In this document: positions 27,701-40,220 of the stretch, in pieces
Layout of the letters: the number at the start of each line of letters is the position of its first letter
Position numbering within the stretch: the first letter of the stretch is position 1
Assembly: GCA_951406725.2 (NCBI GenBank)
Contig: OX597816.1
Coordinates: 79,360,001 to 79,424,000, forward strand
Reading direction: 5' to 3'
DNA: 64,000 nt
Source: Octopus vulgaris
Taxonomy: Eukaryota
Position numbers and translations under genes: made by a program
The notes under the pieces: model-generated
The model's database searches: none
What the model saw: the letters and a program-made list of their open reading frames with translations, nothing else
Told to the model about the DNA's origin: nothing

Positions 27701-28533
27701 TTGAAATATTTATTTTATGCTGAGGAAAACTTCAAGTTATTATTTATAGGTTGTTTTATTTCCACATGTTGTTTTGCAAATTCTCATGAGTTTACTAGTT
27801 TAAATGTATGCCTTGTATGCTCCCTTCATATCTTCTCTTTTTCTAATTATATTTTTGCTTTCTCATGGGATTCAGTTAATTTACCTTTCTACTTTTGGAA
27901 TATTTGCTTCTCTTGCATTATCATGTGCATTTATGATATTATTGTTAATATGGTTGGCAGTTGTTATATCATTTAATATTTGTGGTGATGGATGTCATAA
28001 CTTGTAATAAAACTGAAAGAAAAATTAATAGTATAGAAATGGGATATCACTGAGATAAATGCCTTGGTATCAATTTAAAAACTTAACATGCTGTTTGAAT
28101 TTCATTTGTCTGAGGTTGCTGAAATAAACAACAGTACCACAAAGGAGCTGCAGTTAATCAACTCATCTTAGTATTAAAACAAGAAGACAAACATGATAGC
28201 TTATACCTCATCAAATTTTTTAATATTATTCTTTACTATCAACTCTTACAGTTTATTGAAATATGACACTACCTAATGCCTAGCAAACAATCTATGCCTT
28301 CATCATGGTGAGAGAGCATGTGACCTTAGCTGCATCATTCCTGATGAAGCAAACCTATTTAAGTTTTAAAGTTGTTATTGTTTGGTTACCAAGTGTGTGA
28401 TCTATCATTACCTTTAGTTTCCAACAAGATCATTAAGATTACCAGGCTAAATATGTTTAAACACTTATTTTTATGAAATTTTACTATAATTAATATATTC
28501 TCTTTCCTTTCTTTATAACTTTATAATTTCAAG

Positions 28534-28665
28534 TTTGTGAAGATGGTGAAGTGAAATGTCCTTCAATTCGCAATGGAAGCACACATAAAGATGTATGTAT
28601 CCGCCATGAAAGTTTATGTGATGGAGAAATTGACTGTGAAGGTGGCACCGATGAAAAGAATTGCG
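28534..28665 (+). CDS. Exon 12: LDLa domain 4
   Basis: tcaag|...|gtaaga. CEDGEVKCPSIRNGSTHKDVCIRHESLCDGEIDCEGGTDEKNC. Confidence 0.92.
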
Positions 28666-29510
28666 GTAAGAAGATAGATATCTTGCTTTTTATTACAGTA
28701 TCAGATGATTTTGTCATTTAGTAAGTTTACCATGTTGACCAAATATGATGTTTTGGGAAAACATTTGTATAAAGGAATCCAGAAGTAGCTTAGGCTACAA
28801 GATGTAGGCTACAAGATGCAGTATGATATGTGAAAAACAAAGTATTCTGATACAAAACATTTCATTTAGAACATTACTGCATTACATGCTGTACACCATA
28901 TCACAGTTCACCTATCATGGTTCACCTATCACAGTTTATTATTTAAGCTTACGTTGATTCCTCTCTGGTGTTGTGTTGCATTTATAATAAAATAAATATA
29001 TACAAATTTTAAAAATTAAAAAAATACAGTACTGTTTCTGCTTCACAGATTTTCACCTAGCATGGGGAATTTTGGAATGTAACACCCACTGTAGTTGAGG
29101 GGTTAATGTATTACTTAGCATTTTTATTTCCAATTTGAGCTATGCCAATGCTCAAAATCAATTCTACAAAATCTACTAATCCACTTGATTAGTCTCATTT
29201 TCAGTTTGAATATAGAAATTTTAAATTGAAAAAAACTTAGGTAACATGAAACTTCTTAGATAATTTTATTTTTTATAAAGAGGAAGAAACAATCATGGAA
29301 ATTAAACTGCATGGAAATTAAAACTGCTGGATTGTCAACAATTGCATGAGAAATAAAATAAACTTCAATCAGGAACTGAAATATGTGGGATACAAATAAT
29401 TGCACATAAAACAGAATAACTTCAACTATAAATTAAATTGACTGGATTGACATGATAAGTAGATGTTTTAAGGATGATCTGTTTTTTTATTTTTAATCTT
29501 CTGCTCTCAG

Positions 29511-29621
29511 CTCAATGTGAAGACCAACAGTGGCAATGCAGAAATAAGAAATGCATCGAAAAAGGTTTACGTTGTGATGGTACAAAAGATTGTGATGATG
29601 GCTCAGATGAATTCAATTGCT
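29511..29621 (+). CDS. Exon 13: LDLa domain 5
   Basis: ctcag|...|gtaagt. CEDQQWQCRNKKCIEKGLRCDGTKDCDDGSDEFNC. Confidence 0.95.
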
Positions 29622-29651
29622 GTAAGTTAAAAACAATTACACTCACCTTTG

Positions 29652-29705
<54 letters not shown>

Positions 29706-29800
29706 GGAGTAAACACATAAATGTGAAACAAGGTGAAAAAAAAGAGTACTCAAATACTAGAGGTAGAGTAATATGCTTTATTTAAAGCAGCAGAAAATTC

Positions 29801-29854
29801 AACAAAATCTGTTACTCTGAGTTTCTCGTTGCCGTTCATCAGACAGTTTTTGTT
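29801..29854 (-). ncRNA. Type I minimal hammerhead ribozyme motif (inverted copy)
   Basis: Exact reverse complement of 33569-33622. Confidence 0.72.
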
Positions 29855-30858
29855 AGAATAGAACCGATATATCAATTCAATCCAGACTCTTACAAACGAT
29901 ACACCTTTAAAAAAATGGACTTGTTTGATTGGACCTTTAGAAATAACGGTCAATCTTCGAGCGATAAACAAAAAATGAGCTCAAAAATATATATGTATAT
30001 ATATATAAAAAATTATAAAAATTATAAAATTCGAGGAAAAACCTTACATTGAATAAAATACATATTGACGTTAATGAAGGAAATATAATTAATACATAGA
30101 AATTAAAATGCATTATAAATATTACACTGCAATACATATTCATATTAAAGTGTACATATATATATATCAACATACACAGAAGGATGCGTGCAAACGCCAT
30201 ACATATACAGACGTATAAATATAAATCTAAAATATACACACAAATGCATGCATACATATATATACGCAATCTATCTCGCACGCAAGATAAAATCATCGAT
30301 GCTAATGTAGCGTTCCTTATGTACGGAGCAAAGCTTAAGACAAGTAAGTGAGAGGGACGTAAAGTTGTATGCACCAGTATCATTTAGAGAAAAAACGAAA
30401 GAAAGGAAGAGAGAGAAAAAGGAACGAAGAAGGGGAAGGAAAAAAGAAAAAGGAGGGGTGGGGAAAAAACGAAATAAGAAAAATTATGTATACAAGCTGT
30501 GTAACCACGTTATTGACATATATATAGAAACAAGTATACAAACACACAAGTTCAAATGGATACATACACATACAGTCGTGTATGTGTGTGCTTAAGCACA
30601 AACATACGCTCACTTACACATACACAGAGACGCATGCTTACAAAGACATATCCTAGGCTATACACATATCTACATCAAAATTCTAATTTTTAACAACATT
30701 GCTTTTTTAACAAAATGGTGAGTGCAATAATGAAAAATGTACGAAAGACATATAAAATATAACACCCTATGTTGGATCATCTATAAATTAAAAATCAAAG
30801 TAATCCTATACAGTACAATAACATGAAATAAACAAAGCCGAAGGTTTTTCCTAAGGTA

Positions 30859-32122
30859 CGAGGGGCGTTCAATAAGTAATGCCCCTGACCCACTTCCTAT
30901 ACCAGTAGAGCAACGACACTTGGCACAGTTATTAGTCTTTTCCTACATAGGAACTACCCAGAGTTATGCATTTCTCCCATCGTTTGATACAGCTCTGGAG
31001 ACCGTTTTTGTAGAAGACCCCAGCTTGGTCCTCCAACGTGACTTCAGAAATCAAGGCTGCATCATCTGGGAAACGCTTTCCTTTCAAAATCAACTTCATG
31101 GCTGGGAAGAGGTGAAAATCAGAGGGTGCAAGGGGAGGAGTTCATAGCTGCACGCCTGTGCTTCTGATCTGGCGACACGCGAGTTGTGGACCGGAGCGTT
31201 GTCCTGCAGGAGGAGGATGCCTTTGCTGATCTTGCCCCGCCTCTTGATTTTGATAGCTTCTCTTAATTTCCTCAAAAGTGAAGCATAATAGGCTCCTGTA
31301 ATTGTGGTACCCTTTGCCAGGAAATCTGTCATCACTACTCCGTTCTGATCCCAGAAGACTGTGAGCATAACCTTGTCAGCGGAGGGTTGCACCTTTGCCT
31401 TCTTTGGAGGAGGTGAGTCACGGTGCTTTCACTGCATTGACTGGGCTTTGGTTTATGGATCATAGTGATGGACCCAGGTTTTATCCTGTGTGATCAGTCT
31501 TTTGAAAAATTTTGACTCATCTTCTTGGCACATCTCCAAATTCATCCTCGAGCACTCAACGCGTTCTTGCTTCTGGAAAGGTGTGAGCAACCTGGAAATC
31601 CATCTGGCAGACACCTTTTGCATATGCAAATGGTCATGAATGATAGTTTCCACAGACCCGGTACTAATCTTGACCTTATGGGCTATTTGGCGAATAGTTA
31701 TGCGTTGACCTTCCAAAATGGCAGCCTCAACTTGACGGACAGACGTCTCATCAACGGCAGAAGGGGGCGACCAGATCTGGGAGCTGTTTCCACAGAGTTC
31801 CGACTATGTTTGAATTCACAATGCCAGCGTTTTACAAGGTCATATGATGGGGCATCATCACCATAAGTTACTTTCATTTCATCAAAAGTCTCCCGTGGTG
31901 TGCGTCCTTTCAAATACAAAAACCAGATCACTGCTCGACACTCAACAGGCTCCATTTCACACTTGACTCGGTTCAAACACCTGTAAATCGGAAACCACAA
32001 TTAGTTCAGAGCTGTAATTCACCACTTAATCTATAGAGGTATAAATAAGTGCACATGCAAAATTTCAGCTAGATCAAACAACTGCAAGTGGGTCAGGGGC
32101 ATTACTTATTGAACGCCCCTCG
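30859..32122 (-). mobile_element. Mariner transposon, near full length (1264 bp), defective transposase
   Basis: Perfect 37 bp TIR CGAGGGGCGTTCAATAAGTAATGCCCCTGACCCACTT. TA duplication at 30857-30858 and 32123-32124. Confidence 0.96.
30932..31955 (-). pseudogene. Mariner transposase pseudogene
   Basis: MEPVECRAVI...RSGRP, WISRLLT, ITQDKTW, LLQDNAPVH, LAPSDFHLFP. Has frameshifts, an internal stop and a deletion of the HPPYSPD segment. Confidence 0.92.
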
Positions 32123-33568
32123 TATATGTAGAAATATAAACAAAATATATGCATGAGACTTTGCTATACGGAATGAAATCTGCATAGCGCGAAACAAATC
32201 CAACGTGACATGGAGCATTCTGGACAGAGCGGCACCATACAGGCATGGAGCACACAGAAATAATTTTAAATGCAATCTTTGCCTATTAGAGAAACTGTAT
32301 ATTTTATTCAAAGACAATAATTCTTTGAATCAAAGAAGTGAGCTGATGAACTTATGTAGACACGCAACCAAATTTAAAATGTCAAATATAAATATACCAT
32401 ATGGATAGGGTATATATTTTGTATTTTTGATTTTTGAAATTTTGATTTTGACTTTGGACTAGTATGTAAACGCGACGATGGATTTGTTTCGCGCTATGCA
32501 GATTTCATTCCGTATAGCAAAGTCTCATGCATATATTTTGTTTATTTTGTTTATATTTCTACATATACTTAGGAAAAACCTTCGGCTTTGTTTATTTCAT
32601 GTTATTGTACTGTATAGGATTACTTTGATTTTTAATTTATAGATGATCCAAAATAGGGTGTTATATTTTATATGTCTTTCGTATATATTTCATTATTGCA
32701 CTCACCATTTTTTTTAAAAAAGCAATCTTGTCAAAAATTAGAATTTTGATGTAAATATGTGTATAGCCTAGGATATGTATTTGTAAGCATGCGTCTCTGT
32801 GTATGTGTAAGTGAGCGTATGTTTGTGCTTAAGCACACACATACACGACTGTATGTGTATGTATCCATTTGAACTTGTGTGTTTGTATACTTGTCTCTAT
32901 ATATATGTCAATAACGTGGTTACACAGCTTGTATACATAATTTTTCTTATTTCATTTTTTCCCCACCCCTCCTTTTTCTTTTTTCCTTCCCCTTCTTCGT
33001 TCCTTTTTCTCTCTCTTCCTTTCTTTCGTTTTTTCTCTAAATGATACTGGTGCATACAACTTTACGTCCCTCTCACTTACTTGTCTTAAGCTTTGCTCCG
33101 TACATAAGGAACGCTACATTAGCATCGATGATTTTATCTTGCGTGCGAGATAGATTGCGTATATATATGTATGCATGCATTTGTGTGTATATTTTAGATT
33201 TATATTTATACGTCTGTATATGTATGGCGTTTGCATGCATCCTTCTGTGTATGTTGATATATATATGTACACTTTAATATGAATATGTATTGCAGTGTAA
33301 TATTTATAATGCATTTTAATTTCTATGTATTAATTATATTTCCTTCATTAACGTCAATATATATTTTATTCAATGTAAGGTTTTTCCTCGAATTTTATAA
33401 TTTTTATAATTTTTTTATATATATATACATATATATTTTTGAGCTCATTTTTTGTTTATCGCTCGAAGATTGAACGTTATTTCTAAAGGGCCAATCAAAC
33501 AAGTCCATTTTTTTAAAGGTGTATCGTTTGTAAGAGTCTGGATTGAATTGATATATCGGTTCTATTCT

Positions 33569-33622
33569 AACAAAAACTGTCTGATGAACGGCAACGAGAA
33601 ACTCAGAGTAACAGATTTTGTT
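33569..33622 (+). ncRNA. Type I minimal hammerhead ribozyme motif
   Basis: Core CUGAUGA 33581-33587, GAAAC 33598-33602, GUA triplet 33608-33610. Stem I pairs 33569-33580 with 33611-33622 (11 of 12). Stem II is CG-GCAA-CG closed by an A.A mismatch. Stem III is ACUC-A-GAGU. Confidence 0.72.
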
Positions 33623-33891
33623 GAATTTTCTGCTGCTTTAAATAAAGTATATATATATATATATATGTCTTTTAATACAATATATATACTTTATATATTT
33701 GTCTATTAATACAGTATTATTTTGGATATATATCTTCTGTGACTTTTGATGTTATTCCTTCTCCTACTTTATAATATATAATCGCTCTTATTAAATGTCT
33801 AAATACCTTTAAAGTTTTAGACATCTCCCTATCAAGAGCACTTATTTGAAATTCAGTATACTATATTCTCATTGAATATATTTGATTAGCT

Positions 33892-33924
<33 letters not shown>

Positions 33925-34099
33925 GTTGAAAATATTGCTCGAGGCTAAAAAGTGATAGGCAAGACTAATGTTACAATGTTAAAGTAAAAATGTACATACA
34001 AGCAGAGAGAAAACCAAAGAAAACTTAAGGAAAAAACATCGGTCAGACAAGATCGGCCGGTATAATCAAGATAGTTACCTTACACAAAAACTAGCCCGG

Positions 34100-34387
34100 G
34101 GTAGGGGAGACAATCATCGCTTGACAACCGATGGTGGTGTGTTTACGTCCCCGTAACTTAGCGGTTCGGCAAAAGAGACCGATAGAATAAGTACTAGGCT
34201 TACAAAGAATAAGTCCTGGGGTCGATTTTCTCGACTAAAGGCGGTGCTCCAGCATGGTCACAGTCAAATGACTGAAACAAGTAAGAGTTTTTTTATACAC
34301 ACATACAAACACACATATACAACTATATACACATACATCCAAATCTATATATATATACCTACACATACATGTACACGCACACACATG

Positions 34388-34425
<38 letters not shown>

Positions 34426-34600
34426 CATACGTACGAACACACACACACACACACATTCCCCTTCATTTATTCGCTTTTTGTTCCTACTTTTAAAAAATTT
34501 TTTATCAGTGGGAACACTTACGCCTTTGGCCGAACCACTAAGTTACAGGGACGTAAACACACAGACATCGGCTGTTAAGCGATGGTGGAGGGACAAACAT
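34100..34600. mobile_element. SINE family B: + copy (about 34100-34285) and partial - copy (about 34525-34600)
   Basis: gtgtttacgtccccgtaacttagcggttcggc and its reverse complement gccgaaccactaagttacagggacgtaaacac. Confidence 0.65.
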
Positions 34601-34932
34601 AGACTCACACACAAACACACGCGTATATATATATACATATAGATATATATATATATGAATTTTAGTTTTCCGAAAAAGTCGAATCCAAGGGAGATGATCA
34701 TACAAGAGTTGTTCTCCACTGATGTCTTGTTCTTTTGTTTAATCAAAACGTCGGCATGATTTTATTGATTTTATCTGACTTTCATGTTTTAGTCCAAAAT
34801 GGACACCGATGTTTTATGTGATACGCTTGATAATTGTTGAGGACTTCCTTGACAAGGAATCAGTGGTGGCCTTAATACACAAATAAAGTTTTTTATCCAC
34901 CGATGTGGTGCTGAGCACTCAATTTTGTTTGA

Positions 34933-34963
<31 letters not shown>

Positions 34964-34981
34964 TTATGTATGTATGTATGT

Positions 34982-35450
34982 ATCATCATCGTCATTGTCG
35001 TTTAACGTCCGCGTTCCATGCTGGCTTGGGTTGGATGGTTTGATTGAGGACTGGTGTGCCAGAAGGCAGCACCATGCTCAATCTGATCTGGCAAAGTTTC
35101 TACAACTGGATACCCTTCCTAACGCCAACCACTTCGAGAGTGTGGTGGGTACTATTTACATGCTACCAGTATGAGGGCCAGTCAGGCGGTTCTGGCAACA
35201 ACCACGCTGAAAAGGTGTTTTTTATGTGCTACCTGCACAGGAGCCAGTCCGGCGTTTCTGGCAACATCCACACTTGAATGTTGTTTTTCACGTGCCACTA
35301 GCACATGTGCCGGTAAGGTGACGCTGGTAACAATCATGCATGAATTGTGCTTTTTATGTGCCATCGGCACGGGAGCCAATCTGTGGCCCTGGCAACAATC
35401 ACACTCGGGTGTGCTTTTAACATTCCACTGGCATGAGTGCCAATCAGTCG
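34982..35450 (-). mobile_element. RTE 3'-end fragment; similar - strand fragments near 7013, 10259, 10461, 20450, 21840 and 51659
   Basis: (cat)n-cgtttaacgtcc..ccatgct.gc.tgggttgga...ctacagctgga..ccttcctaa.gccaaccac is the reverse complement of the RTE tail at 42.8-43.0 kb. Confidence 0.85.
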
Positions 35451-35967
35451 GTTGCTTCAATCACTATCAGTATTTAACCTCTTAACATATTATCTTGTAT
35501 ATTTTTCTTCAGAGATGTCTAGTAAATATATATTTGAACAAAAATATGCATTCAGTTTACTCTGAAGTATCTGTCACTTATTTCTAACCTGAAATACTTC
35601 ACTTGTAATGTTATTCCTGTTTTCTATCATTAATTATCAGTGACTATAATTTCTATCAATAACTTCATAATAAATCATTACTGATCCAAAATTTTGCGCA
35701 TTTATTCTTCCTTATAAACAGATTCAAAATAAATAATTAAAAAATCTGATTTTGTTTTTTTTTGCTTGGAAATTGGAAAAAAAAAATGTTTATGGTAAGC
35801 GGTTAATAAATATTTGCCATACTTGCATATTTAAGTATGATTACATATTTAAGTAGTAATAATAGATATAATATCTGCATTAGTATATTCTGATGGTTTT
35901 GACTGATGTGTATGTTAAATTTCATAATTTGATCAATTATAAATGTTTTTCTTTTTTTCTTTTTCAG

Positions 35968-36085
35968 TTAAATACATAAATGGAACCATTCAAATCTTTT
36001 ACAATGGCTCATATAAATATATATGTGAAGATAATTTGCGAAATAACATTGAAGCAAATCAATTATGTTCCACTGTCGGAAAAGG
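35968..36085 (+). CDS. Exon 14: SRCR-like domain 2, N-half
   Basis: Polypyrimidine tract, ttcag|...|gtaaga, phase 1-2. NGTIQIFYNGSYKYICEDN...ANQLCSTVG. Confidence 0.85.
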
Positions 36086-37880
36086 GTAAGAACAGATTTT
36101 TTCCATTCCAATCACTTGAGAAGTAATAGTATATTATGATTTCTGCACGTCTAATTTCCATCAGAGCCACTCTTCTGAAACAAAATACAACTTTCACATC
36201 TACAGAATTTTTAATTCACATTCAAGTGCACACACATATATGCACATAGCTGTGTATGTATGTGTGTGTGTTTACGTATGTATATCTGTATGTATGTATA
36301 TACACTTTATGATGTGCTATAATGCACAAGATGTTACCATGCTCAGTATTCAGACCAATATTCATAATTTAATGTCTTGCTTAATCTGGTGAATCCCAGA
36401 TCATCAATGGCCTTTCCAACAGAACATGAAGCATATTTAATAGGTCCTCTCTTTATTCACTGGCACCTAGTAGTGGCTAATTCTGCCATTTTGAGAAATT
36501 GGACATAAAGCACCATCTTGCAATTTCCATCAACAAGAAAGCTTACCACTATTAGTGACATATATACTTTTTGTAAATAAACTTCAAGTCATTGACCACT
36601 GGTAACTAGGATATACAACACTAGGCCTAACAGGCCCATGCACAGTGGAAAGCTATATAATTACTGCTGCTCTTAGAGATTACAACCCATTGTCACACCA
36701 GCCAGTCATACAAACTTATATGCAACCCAGCACCATCAAATCGTTTAGCTCCCAACATAGTAACTATTGTCGTTAAAATACCACACCTTACAGAATGACA
36801 ACTGAATAATCTCAGCATTTTGTATACTCTACTACATGTTGTAGACAATTTTAAATATCTGATGTTGAAATATCACACTCTGCACAACGCTGAGAATCTG
36901 CACTACTGAGAATCTCTCAACAAAACAGCCTGCGTTGCTATGATAGCAAAATCAACCACATGATGATGTTATCAACTGTGGCTTAATACTCTACCCTAAA
37001 AGCCATTTCAAATTTCTTTTAAATTCTCTTCACTCTTCTTCAAATACCTGATGATATTGATGTGTTCCACATTTCTATATTATTAGGTGTAGAACACCTC
37101 TATATCACCTGATATTCATCTATATGTACCTGAGTTAACATGTTATTAAGTACAGACAATTCCAACTAGATTTATTAATACATGCTTTTGCATTGTGTGT
37201 GTGTGGTTATGTGTGTGTGTGTGTGTCTCTGTGTGTGTGTGTGTATTACTTTACATACCAATCTATCTACTTATCTATTAGTTTACTTACATATCCATTT
37301 ACCTACTTATGTGTGTATATATATATGTGTGTGTATGTGTGTGTGTGTTCTTTTCTATTCTATTACTCTTGTATTTTCTCTCTTCCTTTCTCTAATTCTT
37401 TTAATCTTCCCTTCTTATTCCTCTTGTTTTTTTCTCCTATCCTTTTTCTCATTCTTTCCTCTCCTCTTTCCTCTCTCATTTTTTCTTCTCCCCTTCACCA
37501 TTCTCTGCCTGTCACTCTCTCTCCCTCACTCTTCCTCATTTGCTCTCTCATTGTTCCCATATGACCATTGGCCATCTTTCTTTCTTTTCCTAACCTGTGT
37601 TTCTTTCTTTCTTTCTGATTCAGCTGGAGGGATAAGATACATTCTTGTCTGTCTCCTGTCTAAGCTTACTACTCTGCATTCACCACCTCACCTTGTTTAG
37701 GCTTAGCAGCCGTTCCTGTTTGTTTTCACTGTCCTATTTGTGTTACCAATTTTGACCCTCTACAAAATCCCAAATTTTATTTGATTTGCTTTACGGGAGC
37801 AACTGTTTTATGCATATACGTATATATGTAAGTATGTACATATATGTATGTATATATGCATATATATATTATTTATATTT

Positions 37881-37929
<49 letters not shown>

Positions 37930-38124
37930 ACCTCGTGAGTACCACTGGCGATTTTTTTCCTCTGTCTTCCCTTCTCGGGATCTTTCCTTCTCCTATGTTT
38001 CCGCCGAAGAGCTCCACTCGAAACATTAAACCCTCCTTCTTCCCTTCTTTCCTGAGCGTCCAATAATACTTTATTTGAACCACGTCCTTGCGTTGTTGTG
38101 TTTTTTGTTTTTTTGTTTGGATTA

Positions 38125-38164
<40 letters not shown>

Positions 38165-38165
38165 A

Positions 38166-38197
<32 letters not shown>

Positions 38198-38283
38198 ACA
38201 TACATATACATGTCTACATAACAGCCTACTAACAAATCTGCTTGTGTATGTATAAACTATGGGTATTGGGGTGTCATTACCTA

Positions 38284-38790
38284 TTATGTATATCTCTTAT
38301 TTAGTACTAGGGATGCTTCATTTACAAGGACATACTCTTGTATTTGGTTGAGTGTTGGGTCCTTCAAGTGCTTGGATAAAATGCAGATGTCAAATCAAAC
38401 CAGTGTGCCTCCATGTTGGTCTTTAGCATGTTGGTAGAGTATGGAGGACTGTTTTTTGTCATCATATTGTGTCAAATATCTATTTAATCTCTCCACAATG
38501 CTTCTAAATCTCTCACCAATGTATGTCATGTTCTTGTCTCGATGCACCTTATGCTGTAGACTACATTTCTTGTTCTACAGTTAATGCCAGGGTTAATCTT
38601 ACAGACCATGCAGGTCTCATTGGTGCATGTGGTATTCTCAAAGGGGTATGTCTTACATAACTGTGATCTGATGGAGCTCCCTAGCTTTTCAATGATCTTA
38701 ATGTTGAGTTTGATCCCTTTCAGAGCTTTCCTAAATCTATGGGCTGTGTCCTCTACAAACATTACTCCTTGGTATTTGTCGGTCTTGCAT
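38284..38790 (-). mobile_element. Penelope-like GIY-YIG endonuclease relic
   Basis: CxxxxCxxC...[12 protein letters not shown]...TYIGE...ERL...LYQH...E...LNKR, with a frameshift and a stop. Confidence 0.78.
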
Positions 38791-38796
38791 CATCAT

Positions 38797-38843
<47 letters not shown>

Positions 38844-38867
38844 CATACATACATATTTATATATACA

Positions 38868-38903
<36 letters not shown>

Positions 38904-38922
38904 TATATACATACATACATAC

Positions 38923-38960
<38 letters not shown>

Positions 38961-39033
38961 CACATATATATACATACATATATATATGTGTATGTATATA
39001 TATATATATATATACACACATACATAGATATAT

Positions 39034-39069
<36 letters not shown>

Positions 39070-39110
39070 GTATACATATACATATATATGATAATAATAA
39101 TAATAATAAT
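38787..39110. repeat. Compound (CAT)n/(TA)n/(TACA)n/(AAT)n microsatellite
   Basis: Seen directly. Other microsatellites near 1729, 13187, 17581, 21781, 29656, 37.8-38.2 kb, 51.3-51.7 kb, 53545 and 59.4-59.6 kb. Confidence 0.95.
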
Positions 39111-39523
39111 ATGAGGGAATATTATTCCAAACTTAATTTAGAAATACTAAATCAAATTTCACAAAATATAATATAATATAATATATATATAAATTAGAAT
39201 AAAAATCACCTTTTAATCAATTCAATAATGAAAAAATTAAATCATACCATTTAGAAAAATTACATCTTATAGAAAGATTAAATATAAGATAAAACATATA
39301 CCAAAGATTAAGTAATCGGCAAAATAATAAATAAAACGTATATAATTGGTAGAATAACTACATGTGCTTCGTGGCTATATTTAAGAAATGATAATGATAA
39401 AATCACTTCAATATAAATATAGTCACTCTTTAGGTTAAAGATAAAAACAATAAAATAATTAACTAGATAAATTAATAAATATACGTAAATAACCTTGTAA
39501 AATATGAAATATCTTAACAAATA

Positions 39524-39851
39524 CTAGCACTATGATCTGGAAATGCTAGGTCATAGTGCTAGTGCATGCATATACACGTGAGTACTGTCCAAATCTCCAA
39601 CCAATCACATACAGCTAGCTGGCATTCAATTGGTGTATCAAGTTTCGGGCATTTTGATTGGATTTGGGATAGTAAATTCACAAAAAAGTCACTTCTATTG
39701 ATTTTTTAATGGCTTTGTGGGGTGACTGGGGAAATGTAAAGATGTACACGACCACCCTTGGACGGTTTTGAATGACCATGAAACATTGTGGATTTGTATA
39801 AAAGATATACACACACAAAGACAGACATTTTGCTGTTTATATATATAAAGA
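39524..39851 (-). mobile_element. Non-autonomous Helitron (328 bp)
   Basis: On the - strand it starts A|TC-TTTATATATA and ends CTAG|T, with a terminal hairpin at 39523-39563. No TSD. Confidence 0.7.
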
Positions 39852-40024
39852 TATTTTTGTTTAAATAAAAAAATAGAATAAAAAGGTATAAATATTTATT
39901 ATATCTATAAAAATAAAATGTTAACATATATAAGAAAAAATGTTAAACTATAGTATATCATTATAATTAGGAAATAAAATACAATTAATTAAAATATTTA
40001 AAACAAATAAATAAATATATATAT

Positions 40025-40074
40025 ATATAAAATACAAAATATGCATTAAGTGAAAACTAAATACTATAATTTAA

Positions 40075-40107
<33 letters not shown>

Positions 40108-40220
40108 CAAAATATACATTAAGTGAAAACTAAATACTATAATTTAATCTATATATATATATAAAATACAAAATATACATTAAGTGAAAACTAAATACTA
40201 TAATTTAATCTATATATATT
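40025..40220 (+). repeat. Minisatellite, 3 copies of a 60-70 bp unit
   Basis: taaaatacaaaatat(g/a)cattaagtgaaaactaaatactataatttaatc(ta)n repeated three times. Confidence 0.9.

Larger units (their letters stand above)
29704..33647. mobile_element. Truncated Penelope-like element with inverted pseudo-LTRs
   Basis: Arm 29776-30858 plus 32125-32202 is a near-perfect reverse complement of 32479-33647. The spacer encodes WSILDRAAPY...CNLCLLEKLYI...LNQRSELMNLCRH, typical of the PLE GIY-YIG C-terminus. Both ends abut (TA)n. Confidence 0.82.

Noticed and set aside
28341-28356. CTGATGA hammerhead-like heptamer (also near 1312, 15248 and 32343)
   Set aside because: No correctly placed GAAA or supporting stems.
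29937-33709. Pairs of near-identical ORFs on opposite strands
   Set aside because: They result from the inverted pLTRs and are low-complexity with no protein motifs. The same applies to the ORF pairs at 42.3-43.0 kb.
38584-39176. Long YIYI/HTHT/CVCV ORFs here and at 1.7, 13, 34, 37-38, 51 and 53 kb
   Set aside because: They are translations of dinucleotide and tetranucleotide microsatellites.
40025-40220. CRISPR-like repeat array
   Set aside because: No unique spacers, eukaryotic context, no cas genes. The repeated cacgt/gtgccac units in RTE 3' UTRs were rejected for the same reasons.
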